Below, piece by piece: positions 26,505 through 44,200 of a DNA stretch of 64,000 nt. The DNA is from Octopus vulgaris. Taxonomy: Eukaryota. The translations under genes were made by a program, and so were the position numbers. Each line of letters opens with the position of its first letter. Positions within the stretch are counted from its first letter, which is position 1. The stretch covers positions 9,238,001-9,302,000 of the forward strand of contig OX597838.1 in NCBI GenBank assembly GCA_951406725.2, in the 5' to 3' direction. The notes under the pieces were generated by a model, which made no database searches, was not told where the DNA came from, and saw only the letters and a program-made list of their open reading frames with translations.

Positions 26505-27233
26505 CGGCAAGTGAGGAACTGTGATGATTATTGTATCGTTTTGCAGAAACTTGAAGTTCTGAATGTAAGTCTCCATAACTTATCATCTAATAAATATTGG
26601 CCTCTATTTCCAACGACATTGTGGGTTACTTCTTTTGTCGTCGCAAGCAGTTTGTCCTTATATGTAAGCATACTGTGTATATATGTATGTATGTATATAT
26701 GTATGCATGTATGTATGTATGTATGTATGTATGTATGTATGTATGTATGTATGTATGTATGTATGTCTTCTCTCCTTAATTTTAGAGGAAATTTTGACCT
26801 TTCACACACTTGATAATAAGGTTGAAGGAAAGTAACTTCTTTTAATCAACACCCTTCAAATCTTAAGAAAGTCTTGCAGATTTTTATAGTCTCAGATACC
26901 TTAATCATTTGTTGCGTATCAATAAAGGATGTGCCCGATCACTCCATGATCCCAAGTTGAGCCACACTTTGCTCCAGACGGATTGGTATTTATCCTGTTA
27001 CTCCAAATATGATTGTATAAATTGTGTGAGCGCGCATGCGCATGTGTGTCTTTGTGTATATGCGTGCGTTGGTGCGCGTGCGTGCGTGCGAGTGGGAGGG
27101 TGTGGGGTGCGCGCGTGCGTCTTTGTACCCAATCACCACTTAAAGATTGGTTCGGCAAAAAGAGAACCGATAGAATAAGTACCAGGATTTATAGAAATAA
27201 AATAAATACTGGGATCGATTTCTTCGACGAAAC

Positions 27234-27497
27234 CAGTGGTTCTTAACCAGGGTCCACATGACCCTTGCAGGTGGGGTGGGGTATATCTAAGATTTTGTTC
27301 TTAAAATTTATTCACAGTAAAATCGGTTGTTCTATAATCGACAAAATATTTTAATAATTTGTTAATGCAGTCTCTAATAATATTCAATTATAAACAATTT
27401 AATAGAATTTTGTAAACATTGAACGGCTATGGGTATCCACCCGCCTAAAATAAAATTCAAAGGGGTCCATAAATTAAAAAATGATTGAGAAACACTG
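27234..27497. mobile_element. hAT-type MITE nested in an old family A SINE (27120-27560)
   Basis: TIRs CAGTGGTTCTTAACC / GATTGAGAAACACTG; imperfect 8-bp TSD GACGAAAC/GGCTAAAC; SINE sequence resumes after it. Confidence 0.75.
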
Positions 27498-27829
27498 GGC
27501 TAAACCCTTTAAGTCGATACCCCAGCATGACTGCAGTCTCATGAGTGAAACAAGTAAGAGGTGCAATATAATAAACTTTTCCTCAGACATCATAAGTCTC
27601 TAAATGTCCGACATCATAATAAGCATGTATTACTCCGCCCACTTTCTCCATATTACGCAGACGATCTCTTTAGCAGCCGACACTAGGACTGTTTTTACGG
27701 GGGCACTATTTCCTATTACAGTTACGTTATGCCATTCGCACTCCATTTCGAGATAATTGTGTTACTGTTAATTATTTGGTAATATCAACATCAATATATG
27801 TAATTATGTGTGCGAGTGCATGTATCCGT

Positions 27830-29820
<1,991 letters not shown>

Positions 29821-30116
29821 AAGTAATGGTGGTATATCTGCAGACAATACTTCAAAGTAAAACAACTCCGCTCTTTCCGAGTGGACTATTTAATTATTTA
29901 TTTCGAATGTTTACCGATTAACATTGTTTATAGCCGAGAATATTAAGATGTAGAAAGGGGCGCAGAACGAACACAGACACAAACACAGACACGCATGCGC
30001 GCGCGCCTGAGCAGAAGGAACGGCAGATTCATGCACATACGAACGCATGACTCTACCTATTGGGTTGTCCGGAAAGTTCGTGCCGATTTATAGCAGCTTA
30101 CCTTTAGACTTATTTT

Positions 30117-30503
30117 GTTGGAAGCACTCCGTCGGTTACGACGACGAGGGTTCCAGTTGATCCGAATCAACGGAACAGCCTGCTCGTGAAATTAACGTGT
30201 AAGTGGCTGAGCACTCCACAGACACGTGTACCCTTAACGTAGTTCTCGGTGATATTCAGCGTGACACAGAGAGTGACAAGGCCGGCCCTTTGAAATACAG
30301 GTACAACAGAAACAGGAAGTAAGAGTGAGAGAAAGTTGTGGTGAAAGAGTACAGCAGGGATCACCACCATCCCCTGCCGGAGCCTCGTGGAGCTTTTTAG
30401 GTGTTTTCGCTCAATAAACACTCACAACGACCGGACTGGGAATCGAAACCGCGATCCTATGACCGCGAGTCCGCTGGCCTAACAACTGGGCCATTGCGCC
30501 TCC
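30117..30503 (-). mobile_element. SINE family B, full length, next to a mariner-like TIR starting at 30060
   Basis: TSD GACTTATTTT; upstream TA|TTGGGTTGTCCGGAAAGTTCGTGCCGATTT. Confidence 0.9.
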
Positions 30504-30799
30504 ACCGACTTATTTTAGAACATGGCTGAGTCCATAAAATGGGATTTGACTACACATCCATTTAGAGAACGAATAAAACTGATGCCTTTTGATCGGTGAT
30601 TCAGGAATTTTTCCTGATTCTCCAAAGACCAGTCGTCTACGATAACGTTGATTTGCCTTGTGTCCATCGTATGATTGGGCCAATATGAGGGAAGGTAGAA
30701 TCAAAGTACGCGGAATTGAAATCTTTTAATATTTGATGTGAGAGTATAATTCGTCTGTGGTTCTGAAGAGGTGAAGATCATCTGTCTTTTTTTTCTTTC

Positions 30800-31220
30800 T
30801 TTTTTTCTTTTCTTTTACTTGTTTCAGCCATTTGACTGCGGCCATGCTGGAGCACCGCCTTTAGTCGAGCAAATCGACCCCGGGACTTATTCTTTGTAAG
30901 CCCAGTATTTATTCTATCGGTCTCTTTTTTTGTCGAACCGCTAAGTGACGGGGACGTAAACACACCAGCATCGGTTGTCAAGCAATGCTAGGGGGACAAA
31001 CACAGACACACAAACACACACACATACACACACATATATATATATATACATATATACGACAGGGCTTCTTTCAGTTTACGTCTACCAAATCCACTCACAA
31101 GGCATTGGTCGGCCCGGGGCTATAGCAGAAGACACTTGCCCAAGGTGCCACGCAGTGGGAGTGAACCCGGAACCATGTGGCTGGTTAGCAAGCTACTTAC
31201 CACACAGCCACTCCTGCGCC
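30800..31220 (-). mobile_element. SINE family A, full length
   Basis: Complete head through tail. Confidence 0.93.
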
Positions 31221-31477
31221 TTTGGTGATGGAAAGATTGAAGACTTCGGGAATATTGTTTCTTTATTTCCTTTATTAGTCTCCCTGCAGAAAACCGAACC
31301 TGATCTCTTGATGTATTCAGCAATTTTAGGCACTTTTTAACCTCTTCTATGATAAATGACCGAAGGCTCGCTGTTTGGCCATTGAAAGATTAAAGACTTT
31401 TGGCTGTTAGTTTGTTTCCGTTATTGGTCTCCGTACAGAAGTCTACCATCTCGTATATATACACAATCACTTATAAT

Positions 31478-31508
<31 letters not shown>

Positions 31509-31550
31509 CGCACATACACAAACACATATATATATATAAATATATATGCA

Positions 31551-32096
31551 TATTTATTTTATTTTATTTCATCTAGTTTCAGCTCACGAGCTGTGGCCAT
31601 GCTGGGGCACCGCCATTTGGTGTTGCTACATGATTTTACTTCACGAATGCTTTTTAGCAACTGCCATTTAGTGCATGAGAGAGTTCGATGCAGCTGCCCT
31701 CATCTGCATCTCCTGCCGTGAAGTTGGTTCATCCGGGACACCTGACAGGAAGAGATCCAGTCCTACTTTAAAGACATCCGCATCCACCCCATGCAGGTCC
31801 CTCAGGTTCTTCGGGAGGATATTGAAGAGCTGTGAGCCTCTAAAGCCCAGGCTATCACAGTATCTTGTCCTACATCTTGATGGCAAATTTGGAGTCCTTG
31901 GCACTATGCAGTGGTGCCCAGTTCTAGCATTTGTGTAACTCTCGATGCCAAAGTTTGGGACAAGTCCTTCCAGGATCTTCCAGATGCATATTATGGCATA
32001 GCTTTCTCGCCTACGCTCCAAGGAATAGAGTTTTAATCTCTTGAGTCTTTCCCAGTAGCTTATATGCTGCACAGAGGCTATCTTCTTCGTGTAGCT
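31551..32096 (-). mobile_element. CR1-group LINE, 5'-truncated 3' end
   Basis: SYWERLKRLKLYSLERRRE..LFNILPKNLR..FKVGLDLFLSGVPDEP..RAAASNSL*, short 3' UTR, (ATAAA)n tail. Confidence 0.85.
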
Positions 32097-32459
32097 TATA
32101 TACATGTATATAAATACATGTATATTTATATATATACATATATGCGCGTGTGTGTATGTATTTAGGTATGTATATATAAAATGTATATTACATGGATAAT
32201 ATATATGTGATATATATATATATGTGTGCGTAAGTGTGTGAGTATGTAATATATATGAAGGCATGTTTATTGCAAAAGAAGAAGAAGAAAAATACGGAAG
32301 GACTTATTAATCATAAAGTTATCTCAGTTGCTATTGGATATTTCAACGCAAACATACATTTCATTCAAAACATTTAAGGAACTGCGCACAATTTCCATGA
32401 AAAAAATAAACAACTTAAAAACTACCCTTCTTGATATTTCAAACGCATTTTCCCAAAGT

Positions 32460-33190
<731 letters not shown>

Positions 33191-33467
33191 AAGTTTCGCC
33201 ATCATTTTTGTAAAGTACAATGAAAACAAACCTGGCATCCTTTTCCTATGAGAGTTATGTAGCTACGGTAAGCATCAATCTTGAGAATATGCGCTTCATA
33301 AAGCAAAAAGGAAATTAGTAATTAAGAATGTGTATCTCCGAACCATTAATAGAACCACGAAAATATGTAAAACATTCCAGAGCTTCAGCCGGCAACAAGT
33401 GTTGCAGCCGACCCACGAGCTAACAACACACACACACCTTGTCTATGTACTTGTGTTCGATTTTGTA

Positions 33468-33556
<89 letters not shown>

Positions 33557-33561
<5 letters not shown>

Positions 33562-34100
33562 ATCCAAACAAGAAAGCACAAAAAAAAACACAACAACGCG
33601 AGGACGTAGAACAAATATAGTATTATTGGACGCTCAGGAAAGAAGGAAAGAAGGAGGGTTTAACGTTTCGAGCGGAGCTCTTCGTCGGAAACATAGGAGA
33701 AGGAAATATCCAGAGAAGGGAAGACAGAGGAAAAAAAAATCGCCAACGGTACACACGAGGTCACAGGGCGAAACCGACGCTGTAAATAACATGAAATACG
33801 TAAACAAACGAGTTAAATACGTAAACAACGAGAGAGAAAATGGAGAACAGGACAAGTGAACACAGAGAAGGACCCTTCATCAGTTGTCGGCTGTCTATCT
33901 ACTCCTCATTTCGAGCATTTGACAATATGAGACTTCAAAGGCAGCTGCTCCCATAAATTCTAAAATAAAATTTTGGATTTATGGAGGGTCAAAGTTAGGA
34001 ACAAAAACAGGACAGTGGAAATATACAAGGAAACCGAACGAAGATAAACATGGAGGGTCGTTAGACCAGAATGAGGGGGAAATAGTGAACGCTGAGAGAA
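33557..34100 (-). mobile_element. Penelope-like pLTR-type element ending at (TA)n, variant hammerhead at 33658-33692
   Basis: GTTT-CCGACGAA-GAGCtccGCTC-GAAAC-GT-T-AAAC; homologous to 43185-43350. Confidence 0.65.
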
Positions 34101-34917
34101 ATATTTTTTTGAAAAGAGAAAAGATAGAAGAGGGAGAAAAAAACGTCCGTTCTTTTGACCGTCCGTGCAGGAAAAGAAAGATGGTTACGTGAGGAAAAAA
34201 TGGACGATGATCATGTGTGAGCAACAAGAGGGAGAGAGAGAGAGAGAGAAATAGAAAGAGGGGTGAAAGAGAGACAGATAGAAACGGTGAAGGAGGAAGG
34301 GGGAGAAAATGGGGATTAGAGAAGGATGGAGGAAGAAAACAGTATAGAGGGGAGAGTCGCATCGAAAAGATGAAGATAAACTTATTTGGAAATTGATGCG
34401 TTCCGTTCAATTGTATAATAAATAGCAAATAATATATAGTATGTTGCCCCTTTTTTTCTCTCTCTTCTCCTCTCACGTGACCGCCGGTCAACTAGCCTTT
34501 CGGCTTCTGACCACCGCCACGACAGCATTGATTTCTTCGTCTACCGTAAAGGCATTTTTTTCCAAATACGCCAGTTAAGCTAAGTTGAACTGTCTAAAGT
34601 CGTAAGACACCTGCTGTTTTTGTCCTGTTTTTACCATTATTGTTTTTGTATTTATATTCGTGTGGCATCGTCCATTTTTCTGTCCTTGTTTCGTATACAT
34701 TCGATCCTTCTTCCAAGAAATCTAATGCTCGTAGCTTAGTTTTTCCTTGGGGCTGGCCGGATCGGAGCGATCTCAAGATTAATCAGCCGAAATTGCGAGG
34801 ATGATTCGGTTCTTGACTGAAGATTAGAGGCTTCGAATGACCCGTCCGTGTTTTGTGTCGTCTATTTTGAGTGTTTTGCGTTCTTGTCCCATTTTGTATT
34901 TTTTTATATATTTTTTT

Positions 34918-34972
<55 letters not shown>

Positions 34973-36559
34973 GTGTATATATATATAGACATGCGTATAT
35001 GGGTACAGGACGTCAAGAACGGTTCAAATAACACGTAAACAAACGAGTTAAATAAGTAAACAACGAACAAAAACTGGAACCGGACAAGGATTCTGGACTG
35101 TTTTTCCGGTTATTTTACTTAATCTTTGAGAGCGGTCGGGTTCAATTTTTGTATTCTCGCTTATGAGAGCAGTCGAGCTAATCGTTGAGAGGACGCTGGT
35201 GTTGCCTTGGCGGAGGTTTGCGCTCTCTGAGTGCTCGTTTACTTATTTATTTATCTATTTTTATCTATCTCTATATCTCTTATACGTATCACAGCTAAGT
35301 GCGTATATATCTATTGCATGTCTATTGCCTGTATGCATCTGTGTATTATTTACGGGGATTTTTGCCCTTCCTTTTCCTTCCTTCTCCCCCTTTTCACCTC
35401 CCCTTTTCCTCCCTTGTCCCTTTTTTCACTTCCCCTTTTCCTCTTTCTTCATATCCCTACTATCTTTAGTCATGTGGTGGTGGGTGTTACAGTTTCATTC
35501 GTGTTTGCCATTTGGGGGTTGGTCTGTCTACTGTTACATGTGTATGGCCTCTGTAATCTGTCATAGTATCGTGTCAGTTCTATGTGCCGATAGCACTTTA
35601 ACCTCCATGTTATTAATCAAGCCCTCGTGTTCTGCCTGAGTATGCTGGTTGAGCACTGACGAGCAGCTTTTCCCTTCACATTGGCGCATCATCAGAATTG
35701 TTTACGGTATATCTTCCAGGTCTCAAATTTCTGAGTTCAAATCCCACCTGCCTGGAGAAGGCAACAAGAAGCCACTTCAGTATTTATCATAAGACTAATC
35801 AGGGTAACCGAAGTTCCAGTTATCTGTTTTAACGGCATCAGGGGTGGGCATGGATCCTTCCAGGTCGCACAGAGGGTGGTAGAAAAGGTTCATATTCACA
35901 AGACCTACCAGACAACTCCTGAGACTATATGTTTGTGTGTGTGTGTGTAAATACGTATATGCATGCATGCATGCATACATATGCATGATGCAGCCCAGAT
36001 TCCAAATAGACCTCTGCACTAGAAACCGAATTTTCTATATCGGTGAACATATTCAAAATAAAGCCAGAACATTCATAGACACGACTGCATACATACATTC
36101 ATATGCATACATACATACATAAACTACACGCATACACACTTAAATACAAACACATGCTCACACACACGCACACACACACATACACACACACACACACATA
36201 CACACATACATGAGTACACACAGCAGAATTACGTGGAGTGTATTCATGTCCATGCATTCATACAAACGGTCTGCATAGAATTACCTGGTGAAATCATACA
36301 CACTCTACTGCACATTTACACACGCATAAACATATACACACACGTACACACACATACATACATACACATGCTTACACACACACACACATGCATATTCGCA
36401 TACATTCACGTCCACACAGATAGGCGCAGACACACAACCGTTGGATATTTACACAAACATTTGTACACCGATGCGAATGCACAGAACCACTCTGCTCCGC
36501 GCACATAACGCCGGCTCTGCGTCACACTCTCTGTTTTGGCTCTCGCAGTTCTTGCATCT

Positions 36560-36923
36560 TCCTTTCTTTCTTTCAATCTTTCTTTCCTTCCTTCTTCCTT
36601 TCTTTCTTTCAATCTTTCTTTCTTTTTTTCTTTCTTTCTTTCTTTCTTTCTTTCTTTCAATCTTTCTTCTCTTTCTTTCTTCTCTTCTCTTTCTTTCATT
36701 CTTTCTTTCCTTCTTTCTTTCTCTCTCTCTTTCTTTCTTTCTCTCTTTCTTTCTTTCCTTCCTTCCTTCTTTCTTTCTTTCTTTCTCTTTTTATTTCTCT
36801 CTTTCTTTCTCTCTCTCTTTCTTTCTCCCTTTCTTTCTCCCTTTCTTTCTTTCTTTCCTTCTTTCTCTCTCTCTTTCTTTCCTTCCTTCCTTCCTTCCTT
36901 CCTTCTTTCTTTCTCTCTCTCTT

Positions 36924-37001
<78 letters not shown>

Positions 37002-37163
37002 TCGCTTATTGTCTTCTTCACTTCTCTCTGTCTGCCTGTTTGTCTGTCCCTCTCGCTAGTTCCCTCCTCCTTCCCCCTCTCTCCTTAGATATATGTGTGT
37101 GTCTAGACATGGATATAGAAAGTTATACAGATTGATAAATATGAACGCCTTTCACTGCCAGCC

Positions 37164-37208
<45 letters not shown>

Positions 37209-37524
37209 CACGCTCTCGTTATGTGTGTGTATGTGTGTGTGTATGTGTGTGTGTGTGTGTGTTTGCATCTAAATAGAAAGTTATATAGATGGACAGATAG
37301 AAGTCTGATTCTCTGTTTGCCTCTCTCTCTCTCACTCTCCCCTTCTCCTCTCTTTCTCTCTCTCCTCCTCTCCCCCTCTCTCTCACACTCTCCCCCCTCT
37401 CCCTCTCTTTCTCTCTCTCTCACTCTCCCCCTCTCCCTCTCTTTCTTTCTCTCCTCCTCTCCCCCCTCTCTCACACTCTCCCCCCTCTCCCTCTCTTTCT
37501 CTCTCTCTCACTCTCCCCCTCTCC

Positions 37525-37567
<43 letters not shown>

Positions 37568-37575
37568 CCTCTCTC
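36560..37575. repeat. polypyrimidine (CTTT)n/(CT)n tracts
   Basis: Direct inspection. Confidence 0.93.
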
Positions 37576-37902
37576 TATATATGTCTGACTAAGCATCCAT
37601 ATACATAAAAAAGTTTTACAGAATGATAAACATAAATCTATTTCAGTCTGAATGTCTTTCTATCTCTTTCTCTCGTTATGTGTGTGAGTGTGTGTGTGTG
37701 TGTGTGTGAGCAGGCGCGCATGCTTATGTATATATATATATGTGTGTGTTTGTGTTTGTGTGTGTGTGTGTTTGTGCGCATGCGTGTGTGTATATGTATC
37801 TAGACAGAAAGTTATATAAATGCATAGGAAGATAGATGTAATCTGCCTCCCTTTCTCCACCCCCTCTCTCTCTACACACACACACATACACACACATATA
37901 TA

Positions 37903-38187
37903 TGAGGGGTTGCTGAAAGGTTCCAGCCTTTAAGGGTATCACAAAAAGCCTTGTTGGGGGTCCAACGTTCCGCGTTATTTCACAGGGTTTAAAAAAACTG
38001 AAGGGCTGCTGCAATAAGTGTGTGAATCTGAGAGGGGAATATTTATTTATTTATTCATCTAGTTTCAGCTCACAAGCTGTGGCCATGCTGGGGCACCGCC
38101 ATTTTTTTTATATGTTTAATAAAATAATAAACTGATCCGCCTAAATATTTATTTGCCCAAAGCCGGGAACTTTTCAGCATTCCCTCG
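37903..38187 (+). mobile_element. mariner-derived MITE with a nested LINE 3' tail (~38043-38108)
   Basis: TA|TGAGGGGTTGCTGAAAGGTTCC ... GGAACTTTTCAGCATTCCCTCG|TA; internal KCVNLRGEY resembles a mariner C-terminus; insert matches 31568-31618. Confidence 0.8.
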
Positions 38188-38266
38188 TATATACATATAT
38201 ACATACATACAGACAGACAGACAGACATATATACACATCCACATACACACACATACATATATATGC

Positions 38267-38356
<90 letters not shown>

Positions 38357-38368
38357 CATATGTATGTA

Positions 38369-38445
38369 CAGGGATGGCCATAAGTCGTTTTACTCATTTC
38401 TAATAATATTAAAGAAATAAGCAAAACGACTTATGGCTATACCTG
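38369..38445. mobile_element. 77-bp Tc1/mariner-type hairpin MITE
   Basis: TA|CAGGGATGGCCATAAGTCGTTTT ... AAAACGACTTATGGCTATACCTG|TA. Confidence 0.8.
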
Positions 38446-38747
38446 TATCTATAGAATTATATACATATAATTATACACACACACACACACACACACACAG
38501 ACACACAGACACACACACATAATTATATGTATCTGTGTATATAATTATACGCATATGTATATACATGCACACACAAGGCGATGGAGAGGTAGTGAAAAGG
38601 AGAATGGGGGGAAAAGATTCTGCCGAAGCAGGTGATGTGGACGCATAACTTTTAAATTTGCCTAACAGACCTGATTTTCCACTCCACTAACTTGTTTTAA
38701 TGAATCCATCCCGCATCTCATATTAATCCACACAAACACACAGTCAA

Positions 38748-38811
<64 letters not shown>

Positions 38812-38954
38812 TTATCTGTCTAGCTTTCCTTCTCTCCCTATAAGTGAGTGTGTGCGTTTGTGTCTGTGTTCGTGTGCGCGCGTGTGTATGCAAGTATGTG
38901 TGCATGTCCGTTTGTGTATGTATATATACAATTTTATATATATATATATATATG

Positions 38955-39007
<53 letters not shown>

Positions 39008-39189
39008 TGACAGATAGATAGATAGTTAAACATTAACAAGCGCACATACAGACATACGAATGTATAGCTGTATACATGGACATATACATATGTATACATA
39101 CATACATGCAACAATATATTAGCATAGATACGTGTAGACTTCGTATTGCTGTGTATGTGTCAGTGTCCTTGTACACACATATACATACA

Positions 39190-39521
<332 letters not shown>

Positions 39522-39764
39522 TGTATGTATTTGTGAGTCTGTGCATACGCAGGAAAGAATGTTGATAGAGAAATAGAATATTATTTAAAAATTGGTTTGA
39601 ACCTTATTAGCCAAGAATTTATTGTTTAACGAGCGATTAACATGTTACTCGAGATATACACCGAATGTATACAAACAAACATGCATACATATCTATGTGT
39701 GTGTGCGTGTATGCTCGTGTCTCTGTGTCTGAATATATATATACACACATATATACATACATAC

Positions 39765-39795
<31 letters not shown>

Positions 39796-39813
39796 CATAT
39801 ACAAATATATATC

Positions 39814-39850
<37 letters not shown>

Positions 39851-39854
<4 letters not shown>

Positions 39855-40055
39855 GAAAGTTTACGAAAATAAACAAAAGACGAAGGCAGGTGAAGTACAA
39901 ACAAACAAATGTATTAGTATGGCGCTCATGAATAAAAAAAAAGTCTTTTACGTTTCGAGCCTACGCTCTTCGACAGAAAGATACACAGAAAAAAACAAGG
40001 AGAGAAACAAGGAGAGAAAAAATGCGAGTAGGAGCTAACGATCTATCATGGCATC
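39851..40055 (-). mobile_element. second copy of the 8965-9123 element, variant hammerhead at 39944-39981
   Basis: TCTTT-CTGTCGAA-GAGCgtagGCTC-GAAAC-GT-A-AAAGA; abuts (TA)n. Confidence 0.65.
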
Positions 40056-40429
40056 CTCTATAGATACATACATACATATGTACATACATACATACATACA
40101 TACGTACATACATATATATTTATATTTTTATGTGTGTGTGTGTGTCTATATACATACATTGTGTGTACGTATGTAAACATTGAATACTCTGACAAATATA
40201 TACAACACCCTTTTTTGCTGATAATAATGAAATAACAACAGTTTGGATTAGCAAGCGATGCGGATTTTCTGGTAAACTAAACTAAAATGTAAACAGATGA
40301 ATCAACAAAAAGAAGATAGGAATAAATAAAGTATTGTGTTAACAAGAGATTACCAACAATTCTCTAACTTTAACCCTAGGACAAACAATTGTGCAGGTAT
40401 CCTAGTAATTCTGTGGTACTTTATTTCAG

Positions 40430-40620
40430 TTCGGGCAAAACGCTCGGCGGTATTTCGTCCGCTTTACGTTCTGAGTTCAAATTCTGTAAGAGCGACTTTG
40501 CCTTTCGTCCTTTCGGGGTCGATAAATAAAGTACCGGTGAAACACTGGGGTCGATGTAATCGACAAGTCCCCACTCTCCCCAATATTTCAGGCCTTGTGC
40601 CTATAGCAGAAAGGATTATT
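40430..40620 (+). mobile_element. SINE family C
   Basis: cgttctgagttcaaattc..cctttcggggtcgataaataaagtacc..ctggggtcgatgtaatcgac. Confidence 0.85.
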
Positions 40621-40782
40621 ACTATTATTATTGTTTTCTTTTAAAATTTTTATCACGTGCTTTCGCTACACTACCGGGCGCAGCTCTTTGTGTCTTGGGC
40701 ATGTGCTGTGGTGTGTTGTGAGGCTCTTAGTTTCACTGTATTGAAAGTGTATTATTGTTATTATTGTTATTATTATTATTAT

Positions 40783-41194
40783 TACTCTTTTACTCTTTTA
40801 CTTGTTTCAGTCATTTGACTACGGCTATGCTGGAGCACTCCCTTTTTTAGTCGAGCAAATCGACCCCGGGACTTATTCTTTGTAAGCCCAGTACTTATTC
40901 TATCGGTCTCTTTTGCCGAACCGCTAAGTGACGGGGACGTAAACACACCAGCATCGGTTGTCAAGCAATACTAGGGGGACAAACACAGACACACAAACAC
41001 ACGCATACATATATATACATATACATATATACGACAGGCTTCTTTCAGTTTCCGTCTACCAAATCCACTCACAAGTCTTTGGTTGGCTCAAGGCTATAGT
41101 AGAAGACACTTGCCCAAGGTGCCACGCAGTGGGACTGAACCCGGAACCATGTGGTTGGTTAGCAAGCTACTTACCACACAGCCACTCCTGCGCC
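40783..41194 (-). mobile_element. SINE family A, full length
   Basis: Complete head through tail. Confidence 0.93.
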
Positions 41195-41205
41195 TGTTGT
41201 TGTTG

Positions 41206-41287
<82 letters not shown>

Positions 41288-41291
41288 CATC

Positions 41292-41857
41292 ATGAGATGA
41301 AACCTCACAGCTTATTTTGCTGGTTATGATGGAAAGTGTCAGCTGCCCACAACCAGGAGACTAAGGTGACACTTGTTTACTGGGCATGCTTCAAGAATCC
41401 TGCGAAGAACTCTTCCAGTTCCATGCAATGCTGATGTTTGTTAGCTGTTCTACCTTCACACTTGCACCAATCTTTTTTCAGCCAAGTCGATAGCTCAATA
41501 CTGATATTTCCATGTGAGCCATTTGCTATTGGCATCACGTCGACTCTCCTCATTGACCACAACCTTCGTATTTCGCACTTCAAATCGTCATAGTTTTTTT
41601 TAAAATATTTTTCCTTCTTCCTTCACATTGATCCTATTGTCACCGGGGATATGCTATGTCGATTATCATGCATGTTCTTTCTTTTTTATTCACCAGAAAA
41701 ATGTCCGGTTTCCGACGTCTGGTCAGATTATCGCACTGAACCATCGCATCCCACAGGATTTTGCAATTACCATTCTCGGTGACTCCTTCTGGGGTTTGCT
41801 CATAGCACGTGGGTCGTGATTTCCACAGAACTCCCAATGGATCATTCTTGCCACATC
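41292..41857 (-). mobile_element. R4/Dong-like retrotransposon 3' fragment inserted in (TAA)n
   Basis: DVARMIHWE..YEQTPEGVTENGNCKILWD..RRKPDIFLVNKKERTCMIIDIAYP..LKCEIRRLWSMRRVDVMPI; (ATT)n on both sides. Confidence 0.85.
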
Positions 41858-41905
<48 letters not shown>

Positions 41906-41922
41906 CATTATTATTATTATTA

Positions 41923-41995
<73 letters not shown>

Positions 41996-42000
41996 CATCA

Positions 42001-42124
<124 letters not shown>

Positions 42125-42147
42125 CATTATTATTATTATTATTATTA

Positions 42148-42373
<226 letters not shown>

Positions 42374-42776
42374 ACATTTATTATTGTTATTATTATCAAT
42401 TTTATTACAGTTATAGGTTAAATTTCGAACAAATTGTAACCAGGAATCACTGAATTAAAAGCATTGTCAGACAACAGTCAGAAGCAAAACAATAATAAAA
42501 TTTTAAGCCTCCTTCAATAAATATTTCAACCAGATCTTATCATTGTATAAAACATGTCTGTCATTGAAACACCACGAATAAACGAAGACTTCTTTGACCA
42601 CGTACGGATTGATATCTCTTTAAATTATTGACTATCACGAAGATATCGTATAGAATCAGTTTGATGTTCCTGGGGAGAATTACTCATGAGATTTCATGCT
42701 TTGTGGCAATTTTGTGTGTGTGTGTGTGTGTAGTATTAATAAGATAGGATATGGAATGTGTAATAGATTTTATTGA

Positions 42777-42819
42777 GCACAACACGTTTCGACCCGTCGT
42801 TCTGGGTCTCTTCGGGTAC
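42777..42819 (-). ncRNA. type I hammerhead, left arm (U4C core)
   Basis: GTAC-CCGAAGA-GACCCagaacgacGGGTC-GAAAC-gt-GT-T-GTGC. Confidence 0.7.
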
Positions 42820-42961
42820 ATCAATTAAAAAAAAATGTCTCACAAGAGATTTCTTGGGTCGGCTTACGCACCACTCTATTTTCCATCAAATTTGAGATTG
42901 ATGGACGTATAGCAGTGTGTAGGCCGATCCAAGAAATCTCTAGTGGCACTTTTTTATCGAC

Positions 42962-43006
42962 GTACTCGAAGAGACCCAGAACGTCGGGTCGAAACATGTG
43001 TTGTGC
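42962..43006 (+). ncRNA. type I hammerhead, right arm (C3 changed to U)
   Basis: GTAC-TCGAAGA-GACCCagaacgtcGGGTC-GAAAC-atgt-GT-T-GTGC. Confidence 0.6.
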
Positions 43007-43045
43007 TCAATAAAATCTATTACACATTCCATATCCTATCTTATT

Positions 43046-43350
<305 letters not shown>

Positions 43351-43358
43351 ATATATAT

Positions 43359-43439
<81 letters not shown>

Positions 43440-43508
43440 AAAAACAAAAAGGAAAACTCGACAGACAGACGTCAGTTTATTAATATAACTCCAGTTTCGA
43501 ACAACGTC

Positions 43509-43609
43509 GATTTCTTATAACCTACAATTGTTTCTATATTCAATTCATTCAAATTACACGATGCATTTCGAAAATAGTAACTTTGAACATTTCGTCAGGG
43601 TTAGAAATC
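43509..43609 (-). ncRNA. type I hammerhead with canonical core and long stem II
   Basis: GATTTC-TAACC-CTGACGA-aATGTTCAA..TTGAATATa-GAA-ACAATTGT-A-GGTTA-taaGAAATC. Confidence 0.8.
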
Positions 43610-43714
43610 ATCACAAAGACCAATCATATCCCAATGGACTGAGGGATCATTGACAGACTCAGCATATCAACATTCATTCTGTTTTTAAAATATTCGTTAC
43701 TTATTTATATGCAA

Positions 43715-44000
43715 CTAGCAGTATAGCCCGGCGTTGCTCGGGTTTGTAAGGGAAATAACTATATAAGCATTTTTAGAGAGTTATAGCCAAAAAATAGCAA
43801 AAAAATGCATTAAAAATGGGAAAAAATGATGGTAAATTTTTTTTTAAATCGTTGACTCATCGTAGACATTTTTAGAGAGTTACTTCCCTTATATAATAGC
43901 GAAAAAATGCATTAAAATATATATGCATTAAAATGGAAAAAAATGATGGTAAATTTTATTTTAAATCGTAGACTCATCGTAGACGCGCGCTAATACCCAG
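43715..44000 (-). mobile_element. Helitron copy lacking its 5' end
   Basis: Near-identical to 20372-20640, including hairpin and CTAG. Confidence 0.85.
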
Positions 44001-44200
44001 TGTTATCCAAGGGAAAGACAAAGGTCGATACAGCTTGGCACCTGTGACATCGCAACTCATTTCTACAGCTGAGTGAACTGGAGCAACGTGAAATAAAGTG
44101 TCTTGCTCAAGAACACAACACGCAGCCCGATCCGGGATTCGAGCTCACAACCTCACGATCGTAAGCTCGACGCTCTAACCACTGAGCCATGCGCCTTCAC
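44001..44200 (-). mobile_element. SINE family D, 5' part
   Basis: Head ggcgcatggctcagtggttagagcg..gctcgaatccc followed by gtgttgtgttcttgagcaagacact; overlaps in sequence with the fragment at 56790-56992. Confidence 0.8.

Noticed and set aside
26515-26565. GTGATGA...GAAACTTGAAGT hammerhead-like motif
   Set aside because: Core mismatch and no stem I pairing at the expected position.
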